DNA of 64,000 nucleotides, taken from contig NW_004798433.1 of the NCBI RefSeq assembly GCF_000002075.1, positions 40,447 through 104,446 of the forward strand, read 5' to 3'. Source of the DNA: Aplysia californica. Its lineage: Eukaryota. Numbering within the stretch: the stretch's first letter is position 1; each line of letters opens with the position of its first letter. Below are positions 1 through 21,427 of the stretch, one piece after another. The translations under genes and the position numbers were made by a program. The notes beneath the pieces were generated by a model. It saw only the letters and a program-made list of their open reading frames with translations, was not told where the DNA came from and did no database searches.

Positions 1-31
1 GGGGAAAGAAAAAGAGAAAGAGAAAGACAAG

Positions 32-146
32 GTGTGTGTACATGGTTTGTGTGTGTGTTTGTGCATGTATGCATGTATATTGCGTGCTTGTGTGTGTGTG
101 TGTGTGTGCATGTGTCTGTGTGTATGTGTGTTTGAGCGCGCGCGTG
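32..146. repeat. Degenerate (TG)n microsatellite
   Basis: Seen directly. Confidence 0.85.
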
Positions 147-546
147 GGTACGTGAGAACAATATGATTTATTAATGGTTCATTTTACGGTACATGTATTT
201 ATTTTTATTTTAATAATCTAGAAATTTATTGATGCATACGCGAAATGATGTAGGCCCTACATGTATAATAGCTCTGGCATAAAGATAACGCGAGTGCTCA
301 AAGGGAAATAACCCTATCTGCAATAGTATTAAAAGTCTGTATTGTTTTGCTACTTTAACCGGCGTTGCGGCACTAAAACACGTTCGAGATTGAGTAGAAT
401 GTATACGTTAAAACAGTCCTCGTCTTGTTGAAGGTCGGCTCTCTTCAAAAACAAACTAACAAACAAACTAAAAACGAAACAAAATCAATGGGTGATTTCC
501 AAATAAGGCAGAGAGCCCATAGATGCGAAAAATGTCGCCTCCTCTT

Positions 547-763
547 AGTTTAGTAAGTTTTAGTAAAAGTGTTACGGTGCTTGCAACTATGCAACACAAT
601 AAGGTCATAAAATGAGCGTAGAAGAAGATTAGAGGTGATACAAGAGAGTAACAAACAAGATACAGTGTAAAAAGAAGGAAGGGAGAAATAAAGGACGATA
701 GACGTTTGGGTTTGATAAAAATGAAGGAGCAAACCACACCACAGTACCAGCAAACCACCCCTA
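547..763 (-). mobile_element. Short SINE family B
   Basis: Starts GGGTGGTTTGC; tail ATGACCTTATTGTGTTGC...ACTAAACT; TSD tcgcctcctctt/tcgcctcttctt. Confidence 0.8.
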
Positions 764-828
764 TCGCCTCTTCTTATTATGTTTTAAATACTGTATAAAG
801 TGCTCCTACTGTCCGCGTTTCCTTAACA

Positions 829-1190
829 CTCTCTCTCCCTCTTGCCCTTTTAACTCCCAGTGGAGCACAGGCCATCAACAACAGCGAAGCCTGTCCTGAG
901 CATCCTTTTCTAGCTGTTTCCATGATGTCCTAACTTTTTTTTCAATTTCCGCTTATACCACTCGCCTCCATGTCATCTTTGGTCTTCCCTTCTTACGTTT
1001 TCCTTGTGGGTTCCACGTTAAAGCCTGCCTGATGATGCTTGTCGGGGGTCTCCTCAGGGTGTGCCCAATCCATTTCCATTTTTTCACCTGTATGTCTTCC
1101 TTTACTGGCCTTCTTTAGCTTGTTCTTTCCCACAGTTGAGCATTAGTGACTCGATCGTACCACTTGATCCCCACTTCCTCAAAACTATTT
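829..1190 (-). mobile_element. 5'-truncated RTE LINE 3' fragment
   Basis: Translates [39 protein letters not shown]; ends in AAGGGCAAGAGGGAGAGAGA. Confidence 0.85.
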
Positions 1191-1384
1191 AGATAGAAAA
1201 GGAAAAGGAAAAAAAAACCCTATCGAAAGAAGTTCTTGTATAAAGACGTATTACTATGACCAACATCAAAGAAAAGAAATATCAGACACAAGATTTAATC
1301 AGTGGGACAAGAGAAGGCTTTTTATACTGAGCCTCCTGAGAAACTGTCAAATTTAAAGAAAAAATGATCAAATTGGTGGGGCTG

Positions 1385-1388
<4 letters not shown>

Positions 1389-1423
<35 letters not shown>
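1389..1423. repeat. (GA)n microsatellite
   Basis: Seen directly. Confidence 0.95.
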
Positions 1424-1428
<5 letters not shown>

Positions 1429-1556
1429 AGAGAATGCCCATATTTTCTGAGAAAGAATATCAGACACAAGCATAAACTGAACAGTAAGCAGAAAAACAGA
1501 AAACAGCACAGAATACATGTCGACCACCTGAAAAAAAAAGAAATGGAAATCTAATA

Positions 1557-1731
1557 CAGGGGAGTCCGCATAAACCGAGCATGGTTAACCCAAAAACAGG
1601 GGTACACCGAAAGAAAAAAAATCCACTTTTTTTTCCCTTTTATTTAAGTAACCTCTTCATAAAACAAAAACCCAGCTAAAGTGAAGAACATATTGCGGTC
1701 CCGCAGATTTCGGTTTAAGCGGACTTCACTG
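1557..1731. mobile_element. Short Tc1/pogo-type MITE
   Basis: TA | CAGGGGAGTCCGCATAAACCGA ... TCGGTTTAAGCGGACTTCACTG | TA. Confidence 0.8.
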
Positions 1732-1853
1732 TATTGTCATGAAAAGAGCCGCAACAAAAAAAAGGAACAATCTCCACTTCCAGTGACACACACAAAACAA
1801 TTTTAAACAAAACACAGCAAAGAATTACAAGCCACAAGAAAGGACTGGTAGCT

Positions 1854-1859
1854 TTTATT
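1854..1859 (-). terminator. Candidate distal polyadenylation signal of PCMTD1
   Basis: AATAAA on the minus strand, followed by a GT/T-rich tract at ~1785-1830. Confidence 0.35.
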
Positions 1860-3039
1860 GATACCTCCACAACAGATCAACATTACAGATGAAATTCCTT
1901 CACCATGGACACAAAGCTATGATGTTCCTTAGCGTACCCTCATTGCTGTGTTATAACGTAGAAGAGACGCTGTTATCAACTGACCTACAAAGTCCACCAT
2001 CACAAGTCCACCACAGTACCATCAGACTCGGCTGAAGGTGATATGGTTTTGAACCCAAGACCATGGGAGCTGCCAGATAAGCTCACCACTGACTTACAGC
2101 AGTAGGAGGAGGCTGGGCTGTGGCACACATACAATAACAGACCAACCATGCCTATGGAACAGTGGGACAGACAAACAATCCATTGACTATCATGGGTCGA
2201 AAATCTTTATCATGGTATGGTATACAAGACCTTTAGATCTATAAATTATTATATTTACATGTAAAGAAAGAGAAAAAAAGATTCCCTTCAGCTTCTACAA
2301 CTGCCTTTTTCATTCCATTCTTGACACAAACAAGGTAAAAGAACAAAGGGCAGCTACTTTGGCTAGATCTATATATATAAAGTAGGGGAAACAACTCCAA
2401 GACCATAGCAAACAAACAAATTTAATTGGCAAAGTGTCCTGAGAGAAACGCTGTGTTATAAAATGTCAGCATAATATTTTGAAAACAAGTTTTGTACCCA
2501 ATTTCTCTCCTTTTGAAAATATTTAGTATTAGTATACTCAAGGCAACATTTGTAGGTCATCAAAAGTACATGCACATTTTAAAGAGTGATACTTCATCCA
2601 CTAAAACTGAAAGAAAGAGAAAAAATGCACTAAAGGCATAACAATACCATGCACCAAACAAGGACATATATATATCTTTATCGCACTATTACAATTCTTC
2701 ACAACTAACACTAACACTAATATAATACAATGAAAAACAACTTTACTTTGAAAATGTCTGAGCTTGAACAAATCAGCACATAATGTGAAAGGATAATTCA
2801 AATTGTTTGCTTCACCAGAAAATTGAACTAATACGCAACTTTTATCTTAAAAAATAGTCAAAAGATACAGGTACGGTAACTAATGCGACAAGAACCAGAT
2901 CAAACAGCATTGTTACAAGAGCTCATTAATGCCTCAAATATATCAGTAAATCATTCGAAGCAGGTATTGACAATTTATTTACATATGCACAATAATTCAA
3001 ACAACGTAATAATCAGTGCATTAGTACATATATATATAT

Positions 3040-3532
3040 CAGAGGTCATCAAACTATGGCTCGTGGGTCAGATACCGACTATGAGGTCAGTTCGTCTGGT
3101 CCAACACCATGAAAGATTGTGGAGGGAAAAAAACACCTTTGTACTACTGTCTTTTCAACATGGTCAGGACTTGGACACCAAACTAATTTATTCATTTCAC
3201 TTAACTCCACAGGAAAGTAAAAATGCTTTTTTAGACTTCTTAACTTTAAGCGAATGCATCATACTCTCGATTTTGACTTTAAAATGTTACAAATATATTG
3301 AAAACAGGGAGCTGCCGTTTGTCCCACTACCCTTGCACAAGGATTTCTCAAGTTTGTCGTCTTCATTTTTTGTGTATTTTGTATTTTTTGTATTGATAAA
3401 ACAATAGATTGGTTGCCTTCATTAATTTTTTTTTACATATTCAGGGTATTGCATTGAACAACATAGATATCTGATCCATGCTCGCCATTCTCAGTTATCC
3501 AGTCCACTTCTAAAAGAGTGTGGTGGCCCCTG
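3040..3532. mobile_element. hAT-type MITE
   Basis: CAGAGGTCATCA ... TGGTGGCCCCTG; 8-bp TSD atatatat/gtatatat. Confidence 0.7.
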
Positions 3533-3940
3533 GTATATATCAAAGAACTGACCAAAAAAAGATCACCACCGCACAAATTTTGTAGGTGGGGGGGGGGGGG
3601 GTTTACAGACTAGGACTAGGACCAATAACTCAGAAAAGTTTCAAAATATAACTGATGTTTCCCACCACTCAACAGCCAGAGCATTAGAAACATTGTGAAA
3701 AAAAAGCAGCTGTGAAAACATGCACTAGCTGCAAATAGTGTGGGTTGCATGAGAAAATCTCAGTTCTCTGATAGTTAGCATTTACATGTAACACTAACAC
3801 CTCTTTCAATACAGTATAGATCATTTTAGAAGCAGGCAGTTCAGTTCTTGTAAGGAACAAGAAAAAAAAAGAAAGACAATCAGAGACAATGTGAGTTATT
3901 TGCCAGCTGCCATGTAAACCATATTAACTCTCCATTTCCC

Positions 3941-4863
3941 CAGTGGCGGTGGGTGGACCAAAATTTCGGTGGGGCTTAGGTTGCTTAATTCCACCTCTTT
4001 ACCACAAAATGACAAGCAATAAGAATTTAAACAGTGATGGTTTTACATCATGGAAACAGCTAGAAAAGGATGCACAGGACAGGCTTCGCTGGAGAAATGC
4101 TGTTGATGGCCTATGGTCCACTTGGAGTTAAAAAGGGCAAGAGAGAGAGTGATGGTTTGGTTTTTCTATACTCAGGGAAAGCCACGGCATTTTGAGAACC
4201 ATTCATATGAGAAGAGTCACCTTTGTCTTCCATCTCTTTGTTCTAAATTAAATTCTTCTGGATGGTGGGGACGAAGCGGTTTCCCCTCTAAATTCCCTCT
4301 AATTTGATCTAGATCGACATGATTACTGTTAAATCTCAGCAGCAGAAGCAAAAATTTGCGGAAACAGCACTTCAAACGAAGTCTGTCTATGAACTGGATA
4401 AGGCAGTGCAGTCGCGAAAATTATAACACACCTTACAAAAGTCCAGTGAGTGTATAGGTAACTGTGTCACTGGAGGAAAGTGTCTTGTAAACTTTTACCC
4501 CATTGTCAGGGCTAGGGAGAGCGTGAGCCCTCGGTACAGTGTTCTTTTTTCCCGAAGTCTTCTAACTTTTTTCAAGAAGAGTTTCATTAAGGACAGGCCG
4601 TGGGAATGGGCTTATCCTTTGCTGAGCCCTAAAGACTTTTGATCTTTTGATTAGCTGTTAGGTCACTATAGTTGTAAGCGGTGACAACAGTGATTGGATA
4701 AATGAGCAAGTCGCCAAGTTGATCACTATGTTCATTGTGTGTGATCCTAATGGTTTCAACTCGTTATTTTGTTATTTAAGAACTTTCATTTAATATTCAG
4801 TTGTGGGGGGGGGAGGGGGGGGGAGGCTCAAGCCCGTAAGCCCTTCACTACCCACCGCCACCG
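3941..4863. mobile_element. hAT-type non-autonomous element
   Basis: CAGTGGCGGTGGGT ... ACCCACCGCCACCG; 8-bp TSD catttccc/catatccc. Confidence 0.8.
4030..4149 (+). mobile_element. RTE LINE 3' end fragment nested in a hAT MITE
   Basis: [26 protein letters not shown] followed by AAGGGCAAGAGAGAG, matching 829-930. Confidence 0.75.
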
Positions 4864-5675
4864 CATATCCCCATTTTTCAGTTACCCTAAGAGCATTCAT
4901 AAAATACTGATTGTCCAGGAAGCATCTAAAGAACTACACATACATTATCTCATCAATGAACTACTTCATTTGCTGAAAATGCAAATTACAATGTATCTTT
5001 TCATTCCCAAACCCCCACCTAAAAACCTTTCAGTCTAGACTATACAAAGCAATTACATGTTTCAAAAATAGCCATAGAATATAAAAATTGTTTCAGAATT
5101 TGTATTTAGATTATAATACAAGAACTTCAGTTTTACTGAATTTTCCAGGTTGGGCTTAAATAGTGACAATTACGTAAAAAAAATAATGTTTTATACTTTT
5201 TGAGACTCAGATAAAAGATCACACTGGATTAACAAAAGTTGCAATCACAGAAAGCAGTTTAATCTTTACAAGAAAAAAGGCAGTTCTTTTATGTTAACTC
5301 AGTGCCATTGTGCCTACTTCATCACTACAGCAGCATAAAAAAATTTGCTGAGTGCTTCTGCAATGAGCTCCAGTAAAATACAAGTACATGTGTACATTTC
5401 AAAGGAACAAACAGCATTTCTTTTCTGCAAAACAAAACTATAACACACCCTGAAGCGCATGAGCCAGTTCCTTGAATCCTTAATTCATAGCGCAATTTTT
5501 TTTAAAAATGGAGATCGGAATTTAAACAAAATCATGCATTCAACATCCCATAGACTTTTGTATACTTCCACTAAAGTTGAGTTCTTGAACAAAAACAGCA
5601 GAAAAATACACTTCTGCCTGGACTGAAGGAAGGTAATGGAAGTAAACATTATAAATTAAATAGAGAGCTGATTAA

Positions 5676-5921
5676 CCCTATCCGTACGTCATGTTTTACT
5701 ATCATATCCATACGACGTGGTGAACTCTGAGCCACCACTTTCCAAAGAGGAAATTTACTCGTTAATCCGGTCCGTGCGCTTTGCATAGCAGTCTGTCAAA
5801 ATGATTTTTTGAGAAATACTGAAAGTTTCAAGGAGATCTTCGTACTAGAACTAGAAGTATTCTAAGATGTGAAGAATACAACCCCTGGGGTACAAAATGA
5901 CCCCAGGGCGTACGGATAGGG
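5676..5921. mobile_element. piggyBac-type MITE
   Basis: TTAA | CCCTATCCGTACG ... CGTACGGATAGGG | TTAA. Confidence 0.9.
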
Positions 5922-6252
5922 TTAAGACTTGAACACTGCAGCTTAAAAGAACAAAAAATTGTTTGAAGAGACAAAAACTGACGTGGCAATACAGTTTAAA
6001 TTAACAGGAAATAATAGATAAACAAAAAGCAAAGAATAAAGGACTGTGCTAAAAAAATATGTTTACGAATAAAGAGCCCCAACATTTTGTGTGTATAATA
6101 CCACTTTTTAAATCAGAAATTTACTTCAAAAGGATACTAAAGGACAGAAGTTATCATTTTCCTTTGTAAGATCAAGAAGATAATTAGGTCAAGACATCAT
6201 GCTGCACAAAGTAAGGTAATAGTTGTATGACAGTAAGTGTTTTATGTACTCT

Positions 6253-6423
6253 TTAGTTTTAGTAAGTGTTTTATGGCACTTGCAACACAATAAGGTCATA
6301 TAAGTGCCAAAGAATAGAGGAGTACAAGAGAGTAACAAACAAAAAAGAAGGAGGGGAGATAAGACGATAAGTTTGATAAGAAAGAAGAGGCAAACCACAC
6401 GAGAGCACCCGCCAACCACCCAC
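6253..6423 (-). mobile_element. Short SINE family B
   Basis: Perfect 12-bp TSD tttatgtactct (6241-6252 / 6424-6435). Confidence 0.85.
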
Positions 6424-9351
6424 TTTATGTACTCTGAAGGAGTAGGGTCATTCAGGAGGGGAGCTGCTTCTACCCAGCCTGTCGCGGACAGCTAGAGGAT
6501 ACTATGAAGAAAGAATGGGGAAAAAAGGTTAACTTCCTCTCGGGTACAAAGATTGCTGCAAATAAGTCATGACCTCGACAGAGACCAACTTTAAAACCAG
6601 GAAACAGATGTCAGAAGACCATAGCAAAGGGAAGAGCAACAGCGAGTCAAATGTAGGTCACAATGAAGAGACAGATGTACCGTAGTAGCAGACACTTAAT
6701 ACAGTCAAATCTTCCCTAACGGCCACCTGTCCCAGACAATCACAAGTACAAATGACTTTCCCCCTTGCGTTTTTGTTAAAAATCATAATGAAATTGTCTA
6801 AGTCTAAGACGTCGACCTGTCAACCTTTTGGGTTGAACAATTTCAACTGTATATAAATCTAATATAAGACACACCTAATGAGGCACAAGACGATGAAACA
6901 AGAGTACAGACTCCAGACCCTATCCTGTATGTACTCACTGCAATCTGCATTGTGGGGAAAACTAGCTAAGTCAGCCTTACACTCTGTCATCACATAACAC
7001 AAAATGCAAAACCAAAGAGAATAGAACACAAAGACTATTAGTATTTATCTGTAGCAAGGAGAAGGTACTACTGGCAGGTAGACCCACATATCAAAACCTG
7101 GGATTCAACAAATTTGTATCTGTACACAAACATGAAATACAAATACAGTAGAGGTAACTTCAACTCAAGTATGAAGCTGCAGGAACAAAATTTTGTGGGG
7201 AAAAAAAATAACTGACGAACACACAATGACCTTGACGGCTGTCTAGGTTTCCAACAAAGATTGACGCTTGTCCTCATATTAGTCTTGAAAAAAAAAGAAC
7301 ACAGTGGAATGAACCATTATGAATTATTCATTGAGAGAGGTATTAACTGCTTTTGTTAAGGTGCTACTTTAGCTTGTCATACTATAGTGGAATGCTGAGC
7401 AGCTAACTATTCTATTTGTATAGCAAAGTATTTAACTATTTACTTAGCATTGTAAACTTGAAGTGACACAAATGTGTGACATTGCTATTCAGTGAACAGA
7501 GCTGAGTTGCAAAAGAAAATTGTACTCTCTTGAGCAGAGATGAAAGCATGGGTGGATTAATATTTAAGTGCCAGCTTCATAAATTCCTGCAGAAAATTAT
7601 AACAGTGAGCTTCATGCAAGCTATGACTGACAGCCACACAAATGTTTCACTTCAAAAACACATCTTTATAAGTGGTAATAGCAACATTGAAAGGGCAAAG
7701 ATTTAAAACACTCTTTAAATCAGCTCCAAAGCCACAAAATGAAGCAATGAAGCACTGGTGCTCAAGCATCTTCAGTCATCCTGAGCCCTCCATCCCCATT
7801 TAACCCTTAAAGACCAAGAAAAAGCAGCATCAAATCACAAATTATGTAAGGTCAGATAGTTCATTATTGAATGCATGACATATATATAAACGGTTTATAC
7901 ATACAGAACATTTCAATTGCAATGTTTTACATTTTTTACATCATGATTACAGTCAGATCCTGGAAAAGATAATATGTGATTGAATTTTCTCTGTTGAAAA
8001 AAAAAAAATCTCATGCTTCATGGAACAACTTTCAAAAGTACATGACCGTTACTATACAGAAAAATTAACATGTTCCAATGTACATGGCATACATAAGAGT
8101 GTCAATCACTCCAGGTGCATGATTTAAAATTAGAATTTCAAAAATGCATGAAAGACATCAAAGCACTCAAGTGACGATCTTATCATCCCGTCATTCGAAT
8201 CTCATATGAAATTACTTACAAACAAGTCTCCAAAACGGAAATCGGACATTTTTAGTACACTGCAAATTCGATCAAATGCATGTAATAAAAAAGAAAACAG
8301 ATCCCACAGCGAAAATAATCATTGGTTTAAATCACATTTCATACAATAAGAATAAGCACTTTCACTTTCTTCCCACATCAATGTTGCATAAGAAGCATTT
8401 CAACCCACGCACAACCTTCAACAAATGTCGCATTAAATGGGTGTCATCAAAGGGAAAGTAGAAACACACAAATACATATTATATCAACAGTGATGGCTTA
8501 ACAAATAGTATCATACCATACTTCAAGATTCCAGTTTCAGCGCATTAAAAAAATCGAATAAAAACACTCTGCAATGCCCTTCGCTCCAAAAGACAAAATA
8601 AAACGTCAATAAATTTTTTGCTCTTTACTATTGACACTCGGCTGCTCCCATTCCATACCTTGTTGTGCCTCCAATACAGTATTCACACAAGACACACTTT
8701 CCACGACGGTTTGAACCTCCAATGGAACAATACCAATATATTACAGTGGTGTCCACCCAACAGCAACTCCCTTGGAATTCAAGCCTTTTTGTTCTTAGGC
8801 GGAAGTTGCTGCTAAGTGAATTTTTCAAAAATGGCTAATCTGCACACCAACTCCTCCCCTCCCCCCACCCACCCACCCCCACACACACGGGTGGAGGTTG
8901 TTGTTATCTGCGTTGCTGAGAAGTGGACACCACTATACTTTAGATATGTAAGGAGAGGCCATCCGAAGGAAAACTGCAGTTCATTACAGTACAAAACTTG
9001 AAGGTAGCAGGTAATGGGAGTTTTATGCCAGGAATAACTTTCTTGCAATAGCATCTTTTCTTTTCCCCAAAACCCCTGAAAATAATATGCAGCTCAAAAT
9101 TTATGCAGGACATGAAATCAAAACCTTTGACCTTAGGAGTTTATATAGGTTTAAGGGCTCATCAAACTTGGCCAAGTATACAGACATAATGTTGTCTACC
9201 AAATACCACACTGTGTGTGTGTCATGTAAGCCATTTAACTGTTTATGGTTTTGCAGATTTACAATTGCTTTTCATCATAAGTATGGGATATGGGTTTGCA
9301 TTAGGCAGGACAAAGATTTAAAACAATAGAATTCATCTAATCGGAAACCAT

Positions 9352-17603
<8,252 letters not shown>

Positions 17604-18336
17604 TTAGCAGAACGCGTAGATACAAACTGAGAAAAGGAGAGAAGTCCTGTCATACAAGAGGGCGACCTGCAAAATTTCATAAAATCAAAAATAAGTAAAA
17701 GCAATCAAAAGATGAAATAACATGAGTCTGAGAGATAAAAGAAGTTGACAATTGAAAAATACCAGTAATAAAACAGTGGGTCTACTTGAACTCTTCTCCC
17801 CCCCCCCCCCCCCCCATACACACACACAAACTCACATATAAACACAAATTCAGGGAAACAGAAAATTGACGTTATTGTTTCAGCTCGGTGTGTATGAGAA
17901 TGGTACTAAAACAGCAACCCAGATAAGAGCAAGCTCTACCTAACATAACCACAGCTCGTGTAACGGAATTTTTCTAGATACAATACATTAACCTTTTTAG
18001 CAGCATACTTTTCCTCTGACAGAAACCTTTGTTGTAATAAATTGTCTGACGACAAAAATCTTTGATGATTCAAAAACAGTGTCATCACCAAGACTTACCC
18101 TTAATTTCAGTGTGCGTGAATATAAACTCCTCTCAAGTTTATCTCCACACTATACCAACTCGAGCGAAAATTATGCTAAGTATAGGAACTAAGTTCACAC
18201 CATATCACGAAGAGCCACATCTTTCAAAATCTCGTCTAAAGGAGGAAAAGTCCATTGTGAGTAATACCACCCTTAGGCGATCAAGCATCACTCACTGACA
18301 CTGTTTATGTTCTCACTTTCCGACATAACAACACCA

Positions 18337-18729
18337 NNNNNNNNNNNNNNNNNNNNNNNNNNNNNNNNNNNNNNNNNNNNNNNNNNNNNNNNNNNNNNNN
18401 NNNNNNNNNNNNNNNNNNNNNNNNNNNNNNNNNNNNNNNNNNNNNNNNNNNNNNNNNNNNNNNNNNGAGTGTGTTGTTGTTNNNNNNNNNNNNNNNNNNN
18501 NNNNNNNNNNNNNNNNNNNNNNNNNNNNNNNNNNNNNNNNNNNNNNNNNNNNNNNNNNNNNNNNNNNNNNNNNNNNNNNNNNNNNNNNNNNNNNNNNNNN
18601 NNNNNNNNNNNNNNNNNNNNNNNNNNNNNNNNNNNNNNNNNNNNNNNNNNNNNNNNNNNNNNNNNNNNNNNNNNNNNNNNNNNNNNNNNNNNNNNNNNNN
18701 NNNNNNNNNNNNNNNNNNNNNNNNNNNNN
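18337..18729. other. Assembly gaps (N runs 18337-18466 and 18482-18729)
   Basis: N characters. Confidence 1.
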
Positions 18730-19260
18730 TGCTGAAAAAATTTACTGCCTGGAAAAATAATTTACCACCCAGCAAATCAAACCCCACACCAGCTAGTAAA
18801 TTGTGAAATAACTTCTCCAAGACAGAACTATCAAACATTAATAGTAAAATTATAAAATATGCAATGCATAAAAATTGTAACTAACACAGAAACATACTTT
18901 AATACACCCACAAGAAAACCTACAACTCGAGGCGACAGACCTCTTGGCCTAGCACTAGCATTACCACCAATGATTGTATAATTCATCTTTGGATTGAGAC
19001 TTGCCAAAAAGCAGCATTTGTTGTAATGAGATAAAAGACACTGACACTGGATTGAGCTCAGGTGATATGTATCCAAAAAGCAGTGAGTGCACCACTGAAG
19101 ACAGAAAGGAAAGAATCTCTATGCAATGAGTGGGTAGTTTTAAAGCCTCTGATCAAGTCTGTCCAAATTTTCTTTAAATCCTACTTTTGCTTTTCTACTT
19201 GATGAGAACTTCTTGATGATTTTACGTTATAGACACTTCATGAGAATACAATACCAATTA

Positions 19261-20076
19261 CAGTCAAACCTGCCCTGATGGCCACCTCTATAAGATGGCC
19301 ACCTGTACAAACGGCCACTTTCCATTTCCCCCCTTGCGTTTTTTCTATATAATTTAACTGTGTAAAACGGGCACCTGTCCAACGCGGCCACGGTCACAAT
19401 AATTTAACACACAACCCTTATAATACTAAAGCAATAATACCTGTCTAAGACGGTCACCTTAGTGACTCCATTACGTTTTGTCATAAATTGTGCATTGGCT
19501 CCTGGCGTTGTGGGCGAGCCGTCATAATTCAATCACCTGTCGTTGTTGTTAGGTAGTCCCTCCAACCGATCATGTTGCGTAGGCCCCTCCCACTGTTGAC
19601 CAATAGCTACCAATTTTCAGCTGCTGGAGAGGTGAGCGTGTGATTCCTCATAACCCATAAGCCCCGCCCAGAACTCATACACAAATCGTAAATGAGATGA
19701 GTGGTTACTGTTTACCCAATTTGTAACAAAGTAACAAAGGACGTCAACATGAACTTGTTACAGAAGCGTCCCTCGTTCTCCGAGTGGTGGCGACCCATGT
19801 GTTTGTTTTAACATGGCACTCGGTCTATCTTGTCTGATACATTTCGTTTTATTGTCACCATTGTGCAAAATCAGCGACAAAATAAAAATTACAAACGAAA
19901 TACAAACCAACAACAACACCAACAAAGACAACATAATGGGGCTACTTTCGATTGGGACCTCAGATGGGAATGCTTTGTTTTCTTTATCTTGATCAGTCCT
20001 GCCTAAGACGGCCACCTGTCTTATACAGCCACTTTTCTCCTGGACAATGGGTGGCCGTCTTACGCAGGTTTGACTG
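19261..20076. mobile_element. Tc1/mariner(pogo)-type MITE
   Basis: TA | CAGTCAAACCTGC ... GCAGGTTTGACTG | TA. Confidence 0.9.
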
Positions 20077-20739
20077 TAATTAGTAGGGAAAAATTTTGGG
20101 CTCACACTGTCAAGTTCGGTAAGGAGGCAGCTGTTAAGCAGAATTTGTACACACCCAAATTTAAACAAAAAGGAACCTGCCAGCGAGCCAGATCAACAGG
20201 TTAACATTTTCATTTAGATGTCAGTTATAATTATCACTGTGAGCTACATACAGTAGCCTATAGGATGGGTCTGTATTTTTTTTAAATGTTGACACTTTTC
20301 ATTTTTGTAAATGGGAAAGCAGATAGTCGAACCTGCCTTTGAGATCAACTCTTATAGCAGTCATCATTATTATACCAGCAGCCATGATGTATGACACCTT
20401 TGCATTTTTCCTATGTCTTTTACCTCTCTATGCATTATGGTCCCTGTCAAATGTGGCTATCGTCAGCCATTTTTGCAACACTTCTTTTAGTCAGCTTCAA
20501 AACCTACTCATAGTCTGTCATAGCGATCACATGCTTCAAAAGTTTTCCATTAACCCATCATCCTACTAAATGCAAAACTAAAGAAGCAATTTGGTTTTAT
20601 TCTTTATCACCTGACTAGGCATTAAACTAGTAAGAAGGGGCAGAATTTAGTGTAGCATTTATCCAATGTTGCTAATGATATCCAAGTGTCCAATGAACTG
20701 AGCCTACTGACATTACTGTATGTTTTTTTGTGGGTTTTT

Positions 20740-21226
20740 TAAAAAAGTGTTTTTCGGCACTCTCAACACAAAAGGTCATATATGAGTGTGCGGGACACAT
20801 TAAACAGTTTTAGTTGGTAGGAAATTTTGAATTTTGCCCAGGTGGTGGCCAAAGCCTATTCTTATCGATTTTGGACCACCAAGGGATCTTTAACATGCAC
20901 AATTTGCACACAGGACCTCTGAGATTTTCGCCCATATCCGAGAAGGCTAGGTGTTTGATCTTACCTACCATAAAAGACAGCAGGAAGTAGAAGCAGGAGA
21001 AAGGCTGCAGACAGAGTCAGGAGTCCAGAGGAGGGGGCAAAAGAGGTGAGGGGATGGGGGCAGAAAGTGGAGATGAAAGCAGACGATAGAACATTGTTAG
21101 AGATAAGGAAAAAACATAGAAGAAGAACATTTTTAGAAAAGAAAATTTTCTGGCGCTATCGGGATTCGAACACGGGGCCTATTGAATAAGAGGCAAACAC
21201 CCTAACCTCTCGACCACGAGAATCCC
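20740..21226 (-). mobile_element. tRNA-derived SINE (family A, copy 1)
   Basis: Head GGGATTCTCGTGGTCGAGAGG...GTGTTCGAATCC (A/B boxes); body aligns with 30136-30665. Confidence 0.85.
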
Positions 21227-21244
21227 TTGACATTTATATGTGTA

Positions 21245-21427
21245 GAGGGTCAGGGAGGGATAGTGTCTCTGTATGGGGAAGGCCTGCCATGTCCTTTTCA
21301 GGACAGCCCTCTTTACATTGGTTCTCACCTGACACTGAACTCTCACCTGTGGCTTCACGAAGCTGAAGCATACGCAGCGGCCACACCCCGGTAACCGTTT
21401 TGGCAGGCGGGCTGAACCAGGTAGAGG
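21245..21427 (+). ncRNA. Degenerate HDV-like ribozyme fold at the RTE 5' end
   Basis: P2 ctctcacctg/caggtagag, P3 ggc/gcc, P1' acacccc, P1.1 tc/gg, P4 ccgttt/aggcgg, J4/2 gctgaa; the 5' strand of P1 is degenerate. Confidence 0.5.

Noticed and set aside
2883-3407. 174-aa ORF
   Set aside because: It spans a hAT MITE and an AT repeat, with no recognisable domain or splice context.
18305-18838. Long ORFs with X runs (also 63052-63286)
   Set aside because: Artefacts of assembly N gaps.
18060-18960. Possible decayed L2/CR1 endonuclease fragment on the minus strand (GFLVGVL...)
   Set aside because: Too degenerate and interrupted by gaps to support.
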